From the NCBI GenBank assembly GCA_963806185.1, contig CAWDXE010000004.1:128001-192000 (forward strand): a stretch of 64,000 nucleotides of DNA. The letters are read 5' to 3'. The DNA comes from an uncultured candidate division Zixibacteria bacterium. Lineage in GTDB: Bacteria > Zixibacteria > MSB-5A5 > GN15 > FEB-12. The translations under genes and the position numbers were made by a program. The notes beneath the pieces are model-generated. The model had not been told where the DNA came from. It saw only the letters and a program-made list of their open reading frames with translations, and searched no databases. Shown one piece after another: positions 1-10,020 of the stretch (positions within the stretch are counted from its first letter, which is position 1; every line of letters starts with the position of its first letter).

Positions 1-31
1 TTCAAATCGCGCATAGCCGGGAGTTAATCGT

Positions 32-658
32 ATGAAACGCGTCTTGATAATTGTTCTTGCTGCGCTGGTGGCGTTGCCGCTCACGTCGTTCTCTCTTGGC
101 TTTCTCTCAGTCCAGAATGCGACTATCACGCAGATAGGTACCGACACCTACCGCCTGCGCGTCAACATGGATTGGGGGGGCCCGGATATTCTCGCCGGTG
201 ACTTCGTCGCGCCGACTGGCGCCACTTTGGTTACCGACGCTCGGGTCAATCTCTCGGCATTTGAACTCGGTGGTCCGGCCGGTGGATTCAACTATTTTGC
301 CGAAGTCAACGAAGGCATATGGGGTCCCGGTCAAACCTCCGGCTGGGGCGGTACTGACTATGATCGGTATGAATACTGGCGGCCGCTCGGCTATGAATTC
401 GGCTATGACTTCCAGCTTGCGGGCGCCTTACCGCAGACCATGCAGATCACCTATGGCGGTTGGCTGGAATGGGCGTACACGTATCGGACAGCCGGCGGTC
501 TGCGCTCCTTCGATTGGTATGATATTGCCCATGACGAGTATATCAGGGGCTCATATCAAATTGGCTTCGTTCCCGTCCCCGAACCCACAACCGCACTTCT
601 GTTCGGCATCGGTGTGATTGGAGCAACGCTGGTAGGCCGCCGTCGGGCAAAAAAATAG
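32..658 (+). CDS. PEP-CTERM sorting domain protein (secreted, exosortase target)
   Basis: Signal peptide; C-terminal VPEPTT + hydrophobic helix + RRRAKK; GGGAG upstream of ATG. Confidence 0.9.
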   Translation: MKRVLIIVLAALVALPLTSFSLGFLSVQNATITQIGTDTYRLRVNMDWGGPDILAGDFVAPTGATLVTDARVNLSAFELGGPAGGFNYFAEVNEGIWGPGQTSGWGGTDYDRYEYWRPLGYEFGYDFQLAGALPQTMQITYGGWLEWAYTYRTAGGLRSFDWYDIAHDEYIRGSYQIGFVPVPEPTTALLFGIGVIGATLVGRRRAKK

Positions 659-681
659 ACTCTGAACTGAATAGAATTTTG

Positions 682-713
682 CGGAGGCGGGTGTACTCGC
701 CTCCGTTTTCGTT
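682..713 (+). terminator. Intrinsic terminator hairpin between convergent genes
   Basis: cggaggcgggt-gt-actcgcctccg followed by ttttcgttt. Confidence 0.7.
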
Positions 714-726
714 TGGGAAAACTCGC

Positions 727-2568
727 TTACAACCCCACCAGCCGATACTCAAACTTTTTCCGGCGATCATACGGTGTGATGTCAAACAACTCCCCGCGCT
801 TCACCCGCTTTTTCAGATCGACCCAGAACTCGACCGTAAATAAATCTCCGTGCGCCCGCTTCAATATCCCCATTAAGGGTATCGGAATCCCCGAGTAGTG
901 CTCTGTTTCATCCATGAAAAAGTCATTCGGCATGGCCGCAATCCGATCCTCGTCCGGCTGCAATTCCTCCATGTAGTCCCGCGGCGCCGGTTTGTCGCGG
1001 AAATTCACTTTCTCCAGCGACGTCACATCGTCATAGTCAAACAGCACTACCCGGCCCCGTCGTGTCACGCCGTAATTCCAAATGTTGAACAGGTCGAGTG
1101 GGAAGACCCCCACCGAGGCAATGTCCTTGAGGAAGTAGCCAAAATCCACCACTACCCGGCGAATCGCCTCCGGATCAGTATCTTCCAGCAGGTACATGGG
1201 CAACGGTGTCACCCGTCTCTGCAAATAGAGGTGCTCGATGACGACATACATCCCTTCGAAATGTACGCACTGCTTGGCCGCCGCTTCAAACTCGGCCAGG
1301 AGTTCCGGTGTGAACCGCTTCCGCTTGAAGCGAAGATTCGTAAACTCCTGGGTGTCCACCATCCGTCCGACCCGGTCGCGTCGGCAGACAAATTCATACT
1401 GCTGCAATACCTCCTCCCGATTCGTCCGCTTCTCCGTCATCGTCTGACTCCGCAGGAAACAGGGCCGGTCCTTGATCAGCTTGAAGACATACCCGAATGA
1501 CGGCATGGTGAATCCGATCATCACCGCCCCCTCTTTTCCCGGCGCAATGATGAACTTCTCCTTCGATTCGTGTACATACTTGTGCAGCGTCCGGTAAAAC
1601 TCCGTCTTGCCGTGCTTGGTAAAACCCAGTGAGAAATAAAGATCCGACAGCGGCTTCGAGGGCATAATCGATCGGAGAAACTCGATCAGATGATGGTGCC
1701 GCTTGACGCGCACCTGGAATTGACTGAAGGCGAAGCTGAAAACGATACTCGTATCCGCCTCATCCATAAGCGCCGTGTCGACAAAAATGCCGTTCGGCCC
1801 GTTGTACAGCGGAAGAATCAGCGGCAAAATCTTGTCCGCCGCCCGTATCCTGCCCACCAGGTAGGCCACTTTGTTGCGGTAAAACGGCGTTCCAATCATG
1901 TCGATCTGATAAGTTGCACCATAATGCAGAATCGGCCAGAGCCGCAAGTTGATCTCCTGCGCCACCAGCTCCGCGTCGCGTGTGATATCGCGATACTCCA
2001 CGCCGAATCCGTAGCTGCGAAGAATCTCCCGCACGACCAGGTGGGTAGGACGATTTACGACATAGGTGTTATAGATGTCCTGCTCTGTCCCGGCCGTCGG
2101 AGGAGTCGGGGAGAGGCGGAAAAATTCGATCTCACGATCAATGCCGACTGTGAGCAGGACTTTGCGCGTCACTGAATTATAATACGTCTCCGCCAGGTCG
2201 CAGTCGTATCGGCCGCTGATCAACCGCCCGAACATCCGCTTGATTTGCCACCATATCCGCACGTCGCGCAACGCCGGACCCAGACACCGCCGCAGTGCGG
2301 CGGCGGTCTTGTCGAGCGAATCCTCGTACAGGTCATACCGCCGCGCGGCATCGCGTACCCGGCCCGCCCAGTCGCATTTCTCGAATCGTCTCTGCGCCCG
2401 TACCGTCAGCCGATCGAAATCTTGTACGTTTTGCTCGTGGGCATTGAAAATGATTGTAGCCGCTCGCTCAATTCGCACCCGCGTGTCCCGTGGTCGAACC
2501 GCGACCCGACTCTTGATGGATGTCCGAATGGCGTTGGTCGCCATATTTCGCCTCATCCTGTTTGGCAA
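727..2568 (-). CDS. aceK: Isocitrate dehydrogenase kinase/phosphatase (true start may be the downstream ATG, MATNAIR)
   Basis: Motifs AETYYNSV, FYRNKVAYLVGR, GKTEFYR, APG-x-GxVM, FKLIKDR, DRVGRMVDTQEF, GVTRRGRVVLFDYD. Confidence 0.9.
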   Translation of the reverse strand: MPNRMRRNMATNAIRTSIKSRVAVRPRDTRVRIERAATIIFNAHEQNVQDFDRLTVRAQRRFEKCDWAGRVRDAARRYDLYEDSLDKTAAALRRCLGPALRDVRIWWQIKRMFGRLISGRYDCDLAETYYNSVTRKVLLTVGIDREIEFFRLSPTPPTAGTEQDIYNTYVVNRPTHLVVREILRSYGFGVEYRDITRDAELVAQEINLRLWPILHYGATYQIDMIGTPFYRNKVAYLVGRIRAADKILPLILPLYNGPNGIFVDTALMDEADTSIVFSFAFSQFQVRVKRHHHLIEFLRSIMPSKPLSDLYFSLGFTKHGKTEFYRTLHKYVHESKEKFIIAPGKEGAVMIGFTMPSFGYVFKLIKDRPCFLRSQTMTEKRTNREEVLQQYEFVCRRDRVGRMVDTQEFTNLRFKRKRFTPELLAEFEAAAKQCVHFEGMYVVIEHLYLQRRVTPLPMYLLEDTDPEAIRRVVVDFGYFLKDIASVGVFPLDLFNIWNYGVTRRGRVVLFDYDDVTSLEKVNFRDKPAPRDYMEELQPDEDRIAAMPNDFFMDETEHYSGIPIPLMGILKRAHGDLFTVEFWVDLKKRVKRGELFDITPYDRRKKFEYRLVGL

Positions 2569-2649
2569 ACGACATCGTCATGGTATTCCATCCTAATATG
2601 GATGTTCTCATCGCCGCAAACAAGACCTATTAACCGCTGGCTGGCGTAG

Positions 2650-3130
2650 TTCTCCGTGCGCCGGCCGCCGACTGTGCCGTCAGGTCCCGTGACTGACGGG
2701 GCAAGGTGTCCCCGTCGTGCATTTTCCCCTCCTCGTCATCCTGAATCATTTCCCTCCTCGTCATCCTGAATCATTCGCCCCCCTCGTCATCCTGAATCAT
2801 TCCTATGATTCAGGATCTCACTGTCCACCGTGCCTACCTGTACGGCCGCAAAGCGTCGCACTGAGTCCTTCGTCTCCGCTCAGGATAAACTTCGTCGAAG
2901 TGCGATTGAAGGGTATAGCGAGTCATTGCGAGGCGCGCTTCGCGCCGCGGCAATCTCAAATCTTTCGCATGTCAATGACTGCTCATCATCACACCACGAT
3001 GGCGATGCCAGAATCGTCGGGCGGACAAATGACACTGGTGAACGGAGTCGAAGCCCGACGATCACAAACACCCCCTCGCCGCCTCTCAGGGACACGTGTC
3101 CCTATGCGATAGGGCCAGCATTCGGCCCGC
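2650..3130. repeat. Intergenic cluster of REP-like palindromic elements, including a triple tandem 20-mer
   Basis: cctcgtcatcctgaatcatt at 2731, 2756 and 2782; gtcattgcgag...gcaatctc at 2922-2962; cgtcgcactgag...gtcgaagtg near 2855-2902; ccgtcagg...ctgacgg at 2673-2699. Confidence 0.85.
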
Positions 3131-3203
3131 CATTTGCTCCCTTATCTGTCAACGCGGCATCATGGATGTTGCCGCACTACTTTAACAGGGACGAGGTAAT
3201 TGC

Positions 3204-3800
3204 ATGAAGCGTACGGTATTGGCTCTGTTGTGTGGCCTGATTTTTCTACCCGGTTCGACCTGGGCATTCTCCTTTCTCAGCATCAAATCTGCCCAGATGT
3301 GGAAAATTCATGCAAACACGTACCGCCTCAAGATTGACATCAACTTTGGCGGACATATCGACGCGCCGCCTATCCCCGACGGCGTCACCTCGGTTACGAG
3401 CCCCGAACTCTACTTCACCCGATTCTCAATAGCCACCCCGCGCTCCGCTCGGAATTTCTATTATGATCCGGGCGACGGAGTGATCAGCTGCAATCCTGAC
3501 CAATATGCGGCCGACTGGTCCTCAGTTGGCTGGGGGCACACTCCCGGTACGATGGGTACTACTTTCGGCTTTGATTTCGAGGATATCGGTCCGCCCGACC
3601 GCCTCCCGCATTTCACCTTTGCCGCCGAGCTGCAGTGGTGTCGCGTTGCCTTTTACGAACCATATGCCGTCGGTTCTGACTGGCTCGGTCAGGATAATCA
3701 TCGCGGTGGAATCATCGCCGATGTCGTCCCTGAACCGACGACGTTGGCATTGTTCGGCTTCGGCCTTGCCTGCGCCTCCCTTTTCCGCCGCCGCCGATAG
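3204..3800 (+). CDS. PEP-CTERM sorting domain protein, paralog of 32..658
   Basis: Signal peptide; VPEPTT + TM helix + RRRR; GAGGT SD; shares FLS, TYRL, GG and FGxDF motifs with 32..658. Confidence 0.9.
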   Translation: MKRTVLALLCGLIFLPGSTWAFSFLSIKSAQMWKIHANTYRLKIDINFGGHIDAPPIPDGVTSVTSPELYFTRFSIATPRSARNFYYDPGDGVISCNPDQYAADWSSVGWGHTPGTMGTTFGFDFEDIGPPDRLPHFTFAAELQWCRVAFYEPYAVGSDWLGQDNHRGGIIADVVPEPTTLALFGFGLACASLFRRRR

Positions 3801-3809
3801 CGATGATCA

Positions 3810-4320
3810 TTGCAGTGCCTGGCGTACGTCTCGTGTGCCACGCCCGTCTCCCCAACTGCCATCCCGCTCCCCAAAAATGTCACCCCCGCCTTAAGCGGGG
3901 GCCCATTCCATTCTTGCCTCGAGTATCTCTCAAATCGTCATCCTGAACCTCTTCCCAAAGGTTCAGGGTCTCACTGTCCACCGCCCCGCCGATCACGCCA
4001 CCGCGAGATGCGCTCCTCCTCTTTGTCATTGCGAGGCGCGCTTCGCGCCGTGGCGATCTCAAATCCCTCGTTTTTCGATGATTGATCACCATCGCACCAC
4101 GATTGAAGGTCCCCCATAGGTCAGGCTTCTATATCAGTTTTATCAAGAAGCCTGACAGATAGGCCAACTCCGTACCCCACCGTCTCCGCGGTGGTGTATC
4201 CAATGCCTGGCCGACGTCCCGTGCGCCAGCCGGCAACGCATGACGGCTTCTCGGAATCTTATCCTACAACAGATACCACACCGTAAATCGGTGTGGTACG
4301 GAATGGGGAGGTGTGCTACC
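3810..4320. repeat. Intergenic cluster of REP-like palindromes
   Basis: 4025-4065 matches 2922-2962 at 39/41 positions; tcgtcatcctgaacct...aggttcagggtctcactgtccaccg at 3935-3983; gtcaggcttc...gaagcctgac near 4120-4156; taccacaccg/cggtgtggta hairpin at 4274-4298. Confidence 0.85.
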
Positions 4321-4322
4321 GG

Positions 4323-5132
4323 CTACATCTCGCACGTCTGAGCGACACTGTCGCCGAAATAAGCGCCGGCTTCAACGATCGACAAGCTATCCGGAGTCAG
4401 TTTCCCCAGCGACTCACACCATCGCGGAAGTATTCTGTCCGGCGGCACCTTCCACCGCTCTTCCCATCGCTCTTTGCCGGTCATCTTCTTTGGCACTGGT
4501 CGAGAATTGTCTGGTATCCGCATGCGTGTTGGCGCAGCCAGACTTTCAGGCCGCTGCTCTGGTGGCCGATAGCGCGGGTCAGTTGCGAACACCTTGACCG
4601 TGTCCACGCTAGAAACGAAGTAAACATCTATGGGCCGGCTCCCTCTACAGCTTTCGATAAAGCCCTCAATTGCACACGTGTCGTTGGGGCGCAGCGTTAC
4701 CGTGAATCTCGAATTGTAGGTTGAATCGGCGTTAAGGCGACCGTACCAGACGTTGGGCCCGGCGTATTCTGCGCCAATAACGCCAACGCGCAGTTGAATG
4801 CTATCGCATGGATACTCCCACGCCCGAAACTTGGCAAAAATGTTAATCTCCACCGGGCCAGGCTTTAACGGTGGCGAAACCGGCCGCATGCGCGCTCCGA
4901 TGCCCCACATGCCGAAGATATCGTTGGTATCGTACGGCACCGGTGTGTGATGAATCACTGGCGTCGGATGAAGAATCAGCGCTTCCAGCGCCTTCAACGC
5001 GGAATCACTCTGTGTAACGGGCTCTGAACCCGGCTGTTGTGCCGGCTGCGCATGACCCGGCATTCCCGACAGCACATAGGCGGCTATTGCCGCTGTTACA
5101 TAGAATCTGATTCTTTTCACATTCCCCTCCAC
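4323..5132 (-). CDS. Hypothetical secreted protein
   Basis: 269-aa ORF with a signal-peptide-like N-terminus (GHA-QP); GGAGGGG before an alternative GTG start; hairpin after the stop; no family recognised. Confidence 0.6.
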   Translation of the reverse strand: MEGNVKRIRFYVTAAIAAYVLSGMPGHAQPAQQPGSEPVTQSDSALKALEALILHPTPVIHHTPVPYDTNDIFGMWGIGARMRPVSPPLKPGPVEINIFAKFRAWEYPCDSIQLRVGVIGAEYAGPNVWYGRLNADSTYNSRFTVTLRPNDTCAIEGFIESCRGSRPIDVYFVSSVDTVKVFATDPRYRPPEQRPESLAAPTRMRIPDNSRPVPKKMTGKERWEERWKVPPDRILPRWCESLGKLTPDSLSIVEAGAYFGDSVAQTCEM

Positions 5133-5566
5133 ATATGTGTTATATCAACTCATTGACGTTTTGGATTGGGTCACTGAAACCATGAATTCCCTCCCGCTCT
5201 GAAATGAACTCGCCTGAATTCTTGCAATGCCGAGCGAATTCGTCGGTAATTTGAGAATCTGTGCGATCTGAGATGGCCGCGGCGGCGATCAGGAATAAGA
5301 GAGTCCGTCGCTTACCAATGGACGTTCATTTAATTGTTATGTGTAATGGAGCCATCTGTCAAGTATCTATCTTGTCATCCCCCCCTCTTTTTCCCCTTGC
5401 CCTCCCTCTCCCCATTCACTTTATTGTTGTGACAGTTTTCACAAAGTCGCGCCCCGTTGGCCCGACTTTAACATAAAAGGTACTCGATTACCCGCCAGTG
5501 ACTTGCACTCGCAACCACCGGCAACCGAAATGAGTCAAAACGTGATCTTCCATACAGGGGCAACCC

Positions 5567-7357
5567 ATGAGAGAACTCCTTTCAGGCAATGAAGCGGTGG
5601 CCCGCGGCGCCTTCGAGGCCGGCGTCAAACTCGCCGCCTCCTACCCGGGTACACCGTCGACCGAAATCCTCGAAACCCTGGCCCATCGCTATCCCCAGAT
5701 CTACAGCCAGTGGTCACCCAATGAAAAAGTTGCGTTCGAAGTCGGCATCGGCGCTTCGATCGGCGGCGCGCGCGCGCTGGTGACGATGAAACATGTCGGC
5801 CTCAACGTCGCCGCCGATCCGTTCATGACCTTCGCCTATACCGGCGTCAACGGCGGTTTCGTGCTGGTCTCCGCCGATGATCCGGAAATGCATTCCTCGC
5901 AGAACGAACAGGACAACCGGTTCTTCGCCCGGTTCGCGCAGGTTCCCGGCTTGATCCCGTCCGATTCGCAGGAATCCAAAGACATGCTCGTCACGGCCTA
6001 CGAGATGTCGGAGATGTTCGACACGCCGGTCATGCTCCACATGACGACCCGCATCTCGCACTCGAAGGGGATTGTCGAGCTCAACGAACCCCATGCCGGG
6101 CCGGACAAGAAATTCGTCAAGAACCCGCAGAAATATGTGATGATCCCCTCCAATGCGCGCACGCGCCACGTCGTCGTCACCGAGCGTCTGGAGAAATTGA
6201 AACGGTTTGCCGAGGAAACGCCCGCTCAACGTCATCGAGAACAACGGTTCCAAGTTCGGCATCATCACCGGCGGCGTCGCCTATCAGTACGCCAAGGAAG
6301 TCGCGCCCGATTTTGATTATTTCAAGATCGGTATGAGCTATCCGTTGCCGATGAAGAAGATCCGCCAGTTCATCGAAAGCCACCAGACGGTCTTGGTCAT
6401 CGAAGAACTCGAACCGTTCTGGGAAGACCAGATTCGCGCCGCCGGCATGATGGTGGAAGGGAAGAAGTACTTCTCCGGCTCGGCGAATTGTCGCCGTATC
6501 GCGTCGCGCAGGGTCTCGAAGAGGCCGGAGTGATCGACCACGTCCCGCCGCCGGAAATCTTGGGCGAAGAACTCTTCCCGCGTCCGCCGGTGTTGTGTCC
6601 CGGCTGTCCGCATCGCGGCGCTTTCATGGCGCTCAAGAAACTGGGTGTGGCGGTCACCGGCGATATCGGCTGTTACACGCTCGGCGTGCTGGAGCCGCTC
6701 AACGCGCTGGATAGCTGCATCTGCATGGGCGCCTCGATCGGCAACGCCATCGGTATGGAAAAAGTGAAGGGATCGGAGAAGGGGACGGTCGCCGTCATCG
6801 GCGATTCGACTTTCATCCACTCCGGCATCACCGGCCTGCTCGACGCGGTCTACAACAACAGCAATGTCACGGTGATCATTCTCGATAACCGGGCCACCGC
6901 CATGACCGGCGGCCAGCAGCATGCCGCCACCGGCCATACGCTGATGGGGCATAAGGCGCCCGAATTGAATCTGGTCAACCTGATCAAGGCGCTTGGCGTC
7001 AAATCGGTTCGCGAACTCGACCCGTATGATTACAACGGCGCTCTCGATGTCATCAAGGAAGAAATGAATCGCTCCGGCCCATCGGTGATCATCACCAGCC
7101 GTCCCTGTGTGCTCATGCCGCAGCGGATTATGGATGAACCGTACGTGGTCGATGCCGAACTTTGCACCGCCTGCTCGGCCTGCTTCCGCATCTCCTGCCC
7201 GGCCATCGCCGCGTCGGAGGAAACCAACAAGCACGGCCACCCGAAGGCGGTGATCGATGAAACCCAGTGCACCGGCTGCACCCTGTGCGCTCAGATCTGC
7301 CCGCCCGAGGCGATCATCCTCCGCAGTCACTACACGAAAGAGAGAGTGAAGGCATGA
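5567..7357 (+). CDS. iorA: Indolepyruvate:ferredoxin oxidoreductase alpha subunit, split by two frameshifts (~6220 and ~6480)
   Basis: GNEAVARG, YPGTPSTE and MKHVGLNVAADP in the first frame; EELEP in the second; CPGCPH, GDIGC, GDSTF and two 4Fe-4S motifs in the third. Confidence 0.9.
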
Positions 7358-7956
7358 CCGACAATAGTTTCAACATACTGATCGTCGGCGTCGGCGGGCA
7401 GGGGGTGCTGCTGGCCTCAGAAATTCTCTCCGAGGCCGCCATGAACGCCGGACTCGACGTCAAGAAATCCGAAGTCCACGGCATGTCCCAGCGCGGCGGC
7501 GTCGTCTCGTCGCATGTCAAAATCGCTCCCAAAGTCTACTCACCCACGATTCCGCAAGGGCAGGTCGATATCGTTCTCTCGTTCGAGCAGGCCGAAGGAC
7601 TTCGCTGGACCGGCTGGATGCGCAAAGACTCTATCGCCATCGTCTCGCAGACGACCCTCATCCCGGCGATTGTCACCTCGTCCAAGCAGTATCATTACCC
7701 CGAGGATGCGATCGAACAGCTCAAGAAGAAGATCCATCGCGTCATCAGCGTTCCCGCCGATCAGATCGCCGGCGAGCTGGGCAACCCGCGTCTCGTCAAT
7801 ACGATTTTGTTGGGCGTGTTGTCCAACTACCTGCCGTTCGATTACGATCTCTGGGTCGACTGCTTTAAGGCCAAGATCAAACCGAAACTGGTGGACATCA
7901 ATCTTGAGGCGTTCAAGCGCGGGCGAGACATTCGCCTGACACCCGTCACCGCCTGA
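7354..7956 (+). CDS. iorB: Indolepyruvate oxidoreductase beta subunit
   Basis: GVGGQG and SEVHGMSQRGGVVSSHV motifs; ATGA overlap with iorA. Confidence 0.92.
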   Translation: MTDNSFNILIVGVGGQGVLLASEILSEAAMNAGLDVKKSEVHGMSQRGGVVSSHVKIAPKVYSPTIPQGQVDIVLSFEQAEGLRWTGWMRKDSIAIVSQTTLIPAIVTSSKQYHYPEDAIEQLKKKIHRVISVPADQIAGELGNPRLVNTILLGVLSNYLPFDYDLWVDCFKAKIKPKLVDINLEAFKRGRDIRLTPVTA

Positions 7957-7972
7957 TACTTGCGAGGTCGTT

Positions 7973-9040
7973 ATGGCAGACTACATGCTCATCATCAACC
8001 CCGGGTCGACCTCGACGAAAATGGCCCTCTTCGACGGCGACAAGAAAGTTGTCGACGAAACCGTCCGCCACGACCCGAAAGAACTGGCCGCCTTCGACAA
8101 CGTCGCCGACCAGTTTGCCTATCGCATGAAAGCTATCGATCAATGGATCGACAAGCTTCCGGCCGATTCCCGGAAACTCTCGGCGGTTGTCGGTCGCGGT
8201 GCCCCGCTAAAACCGCTCGAGGGCGGCTCGTACAAGATTTCGGCGCAGATGCTCGACGACCTCAAAACGCGCAAGTATTCCAACCACGCCTCCAATCTTG
8301 GTGCGTTGATCGCCCATCATCTCGGTCAGCGGTACGGTGTGCCGTCACTTATCTCCGATCCGATCACCACCGACAACTTCACCGACATCGCGCGCATCTC
8401 CGGCCTCCCGGAGATCGAACGCAAATGCCGGGTGCACGCACTCAACATCAAAGAGGTCTGTCGCCGCGAGGCCGCCAAACGCGGCTGGAAGCTGGACGCC
8501 GTCAACTTCGTCGCCGCCCACATGGGCGGCGGTGTCTCGGTGGCCGCACTCGAGAAGGGGAGAGTCATCGACGTGAACGACGCCCTGCTCGGCATGGGCC
8601 CGTTCTCTCCCGATCGTTGCGGCGCTCTGCCCCTCGGCGGGCTGGTAAAGCTCTGCTTCAGCGGCAAGTACACCGAAAAGCAGCTCCTCGACAAATTATC
8701 CAAAGGCGCCGGTCTCGTCGCCTATCTTGGTCAGGCCGATCTTCGCGAAGTTGAGAAGATGATCGACAACGGCGATCAGAAAGCGCTCCTCTATTTCAAT
8801 GCTATGGCCTACCAGATCGCCAAGGAGATCGGCGTCGCCGCCACCGTTCTCAAAGGTAACTATGCCGGTATCGTGCTCACCGGCGGCATGGCCCACTCGG
8901 ACCGTCTCGTGAGCGAGATCACCAAGTACATTGCCTTTCTCGGCAATGTGATCATCGTGCCCGGTGAATTCGAAATGGAAGCCCTCGCCGCCGCCGGCCT
9001 GCGTTTCCTCCATGATGAAGAACAACTCAAGGAATACTGA
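7973..9040 (+). CDS. buk: Butyrate kinase
   Basis: INPGSTSTK, HASNLGA, HALN, HMGGGVSV, GPFSPDR, LTGGMA and PGEFEMEALA motifs. Confidence 0.95.
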   Translation: MADYMLIINPGSTSTKMALFDGDKKVVDETVRHDPKELAAFDNVADQFAYRMKAIDQWIDKLPADSRKLSAVVGRGAPLKPLEGGSYKISAQMLDDLKTRKYSNHASNLGALIAHHLGQRYGVPSLISDPITTDNFTDIARISGLPEIERKCRVHALNIKEVCRREAAKRGWKLDAVNFVAAHMGGGVSVAALEKGRVIDVNDALLGMGPFSPDRCGALPLGGLVKLCFSGKYTEKQLLDKLSKGAGLVAYLGQADLREVEKMIDNGDQKALLYFNAMAYQIAKEIGVAATVLKGNYAGIVLTGGMAHSDRLVSEITKYIAFLGNVIIVPGEFEMEALAAAGLRFLHDEEQLKEY

Positions 9041-9060
9041 TCGTCAGAAGTGGAGCCGGT

Positions 9061-10020
9061 ATGAAAACACCGATTCATTCTTCGACTCAACTGATCGACT
9101 ACGCTATCGCTCTGGCCGAAGCGGGGAAGAAGAAAACCGTCGCCGTCGCCGCCGCGCAGGATGTCGACGTGATCGACGCTGTCTCGCAGGCCAATCGCGA
9201 CGGATTCCTCGACGGCATCCTCGTGGGTGACCGCGAGGCCATCGTCAAACTGGCTGCCGGCGCCGACATCCCGATCGACGCTTTGCAGATCATCGACGAG
9301 AAGGATGTCACCAAGGCCGCCCATGGCGCCGTGAAATTGGCGTCCGAGGGCAAGGCCGACGCTATCATGAAGGGATTTCTGCCCACCTCATCGTTACTGA
9401 AAGTCGTTCTCGACAAACAGTATGGACTGCGCGGCTCGAACACGCTCTCGCATTGCGCGGTACTCGACATCCCCGGCTATCATAAACTGCTCAACTTGAC
9501 CGACGGTGGGATGGTCGTCAAACCGGATACCGAACAGAAGTTTCAGATTCTCGAGAATGCGGTCCTCGTCGCCCGCGCCCTCGGCCTGTCCCCGGTCAAA
9601 GTGGCCGTATCGTCCGCCGTTGACCGCCTGTCCGAGAAAGTGCCGCACACGCTCGCCGATATGGACGGCCTCGTCCCCATGGCGATGGAAAAACTCGCCA
9701 ACGTCGCCATCCAGTGCCCGCTCACTTTCGATATGGCGACCTCAAAGGAGGCCGCCGCCGCCCATGGCTCCTCCGGGCCAGTGGTCGGTGATGCCGACAT
9801 CTTTCTCGTCGACTCCATCGAGGAAGGAAACATCACCGCCAAAACCCTCATCCAGTTCGCCGATGCCGTCTTCGCCGGCGTCATTGTGGGTGCCAAAGTA
9901 CCTGTCTCGCTGGTCTCACGTACCGATACCGTGATTAATAAGAAAGCCTCGCTCGCCCTGGCTTGCGTCATTGCCGACTTCTACGCCACCCACGGCGCCA
10001 ATGGAAAGGAGCAGGCATGA
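9061..10020 (+). CDS. ptb: Phosphate butyryltransferase-like protein (copy 1)
   Basis: AVAAAQD, ADAIMKG, TLSH, TDGGM and GAKVPVSLVSRTD motifs; follows buk. Confidence 0.85.
   Translation: MKTPIHSSTQLIDYAIALAEAGKKKTVAVAAAQDVDVIDAVSQANRDGFLDGILVGDREAIVKLAAGADIPIDALQIIDEKDVTKAAHGAVKLASEGKADAIMKGFLPTSSLLKVVLDKQYGLRGSNTLSHCAVLDIPGYHKLLNLTDGGMVVKPDTEQKFQILENAVLVARALGLSPVKVAVSSAVDRLSEKVPHTLADMDGLVPMAMEKLANVAIQCPLTFDMATSKEAAAAHGSSGPVVGDADIFLVDSIEEGNITAKTLIQFADAVFAGVIVGAKVPVSLVSRTDTVINKKASLALACVIADFYATHGANGKEQA

Noticed and set aside
2731..2801. CRISPR array
   Set aside because: Only three 20-nt repeats with 5-6 nt spacers, no cas genes, and the unit is half of a dispersed palindrome.
2717..3207. 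ORFs inside the repeat clusters (also 3810-4085, 40665-41159 and 56735-56935)
   Set aside because: They are translations of palindromic repeats (recurring VILNH and SLRGALRA strings), not credible proteins.
5145..5183. 12-aa minus-strand mini-ORF MVSVTQSKTSMS with a GGGAGG upstream
   Set aside because: Too short, with no motif or context to support it; it could be chance.
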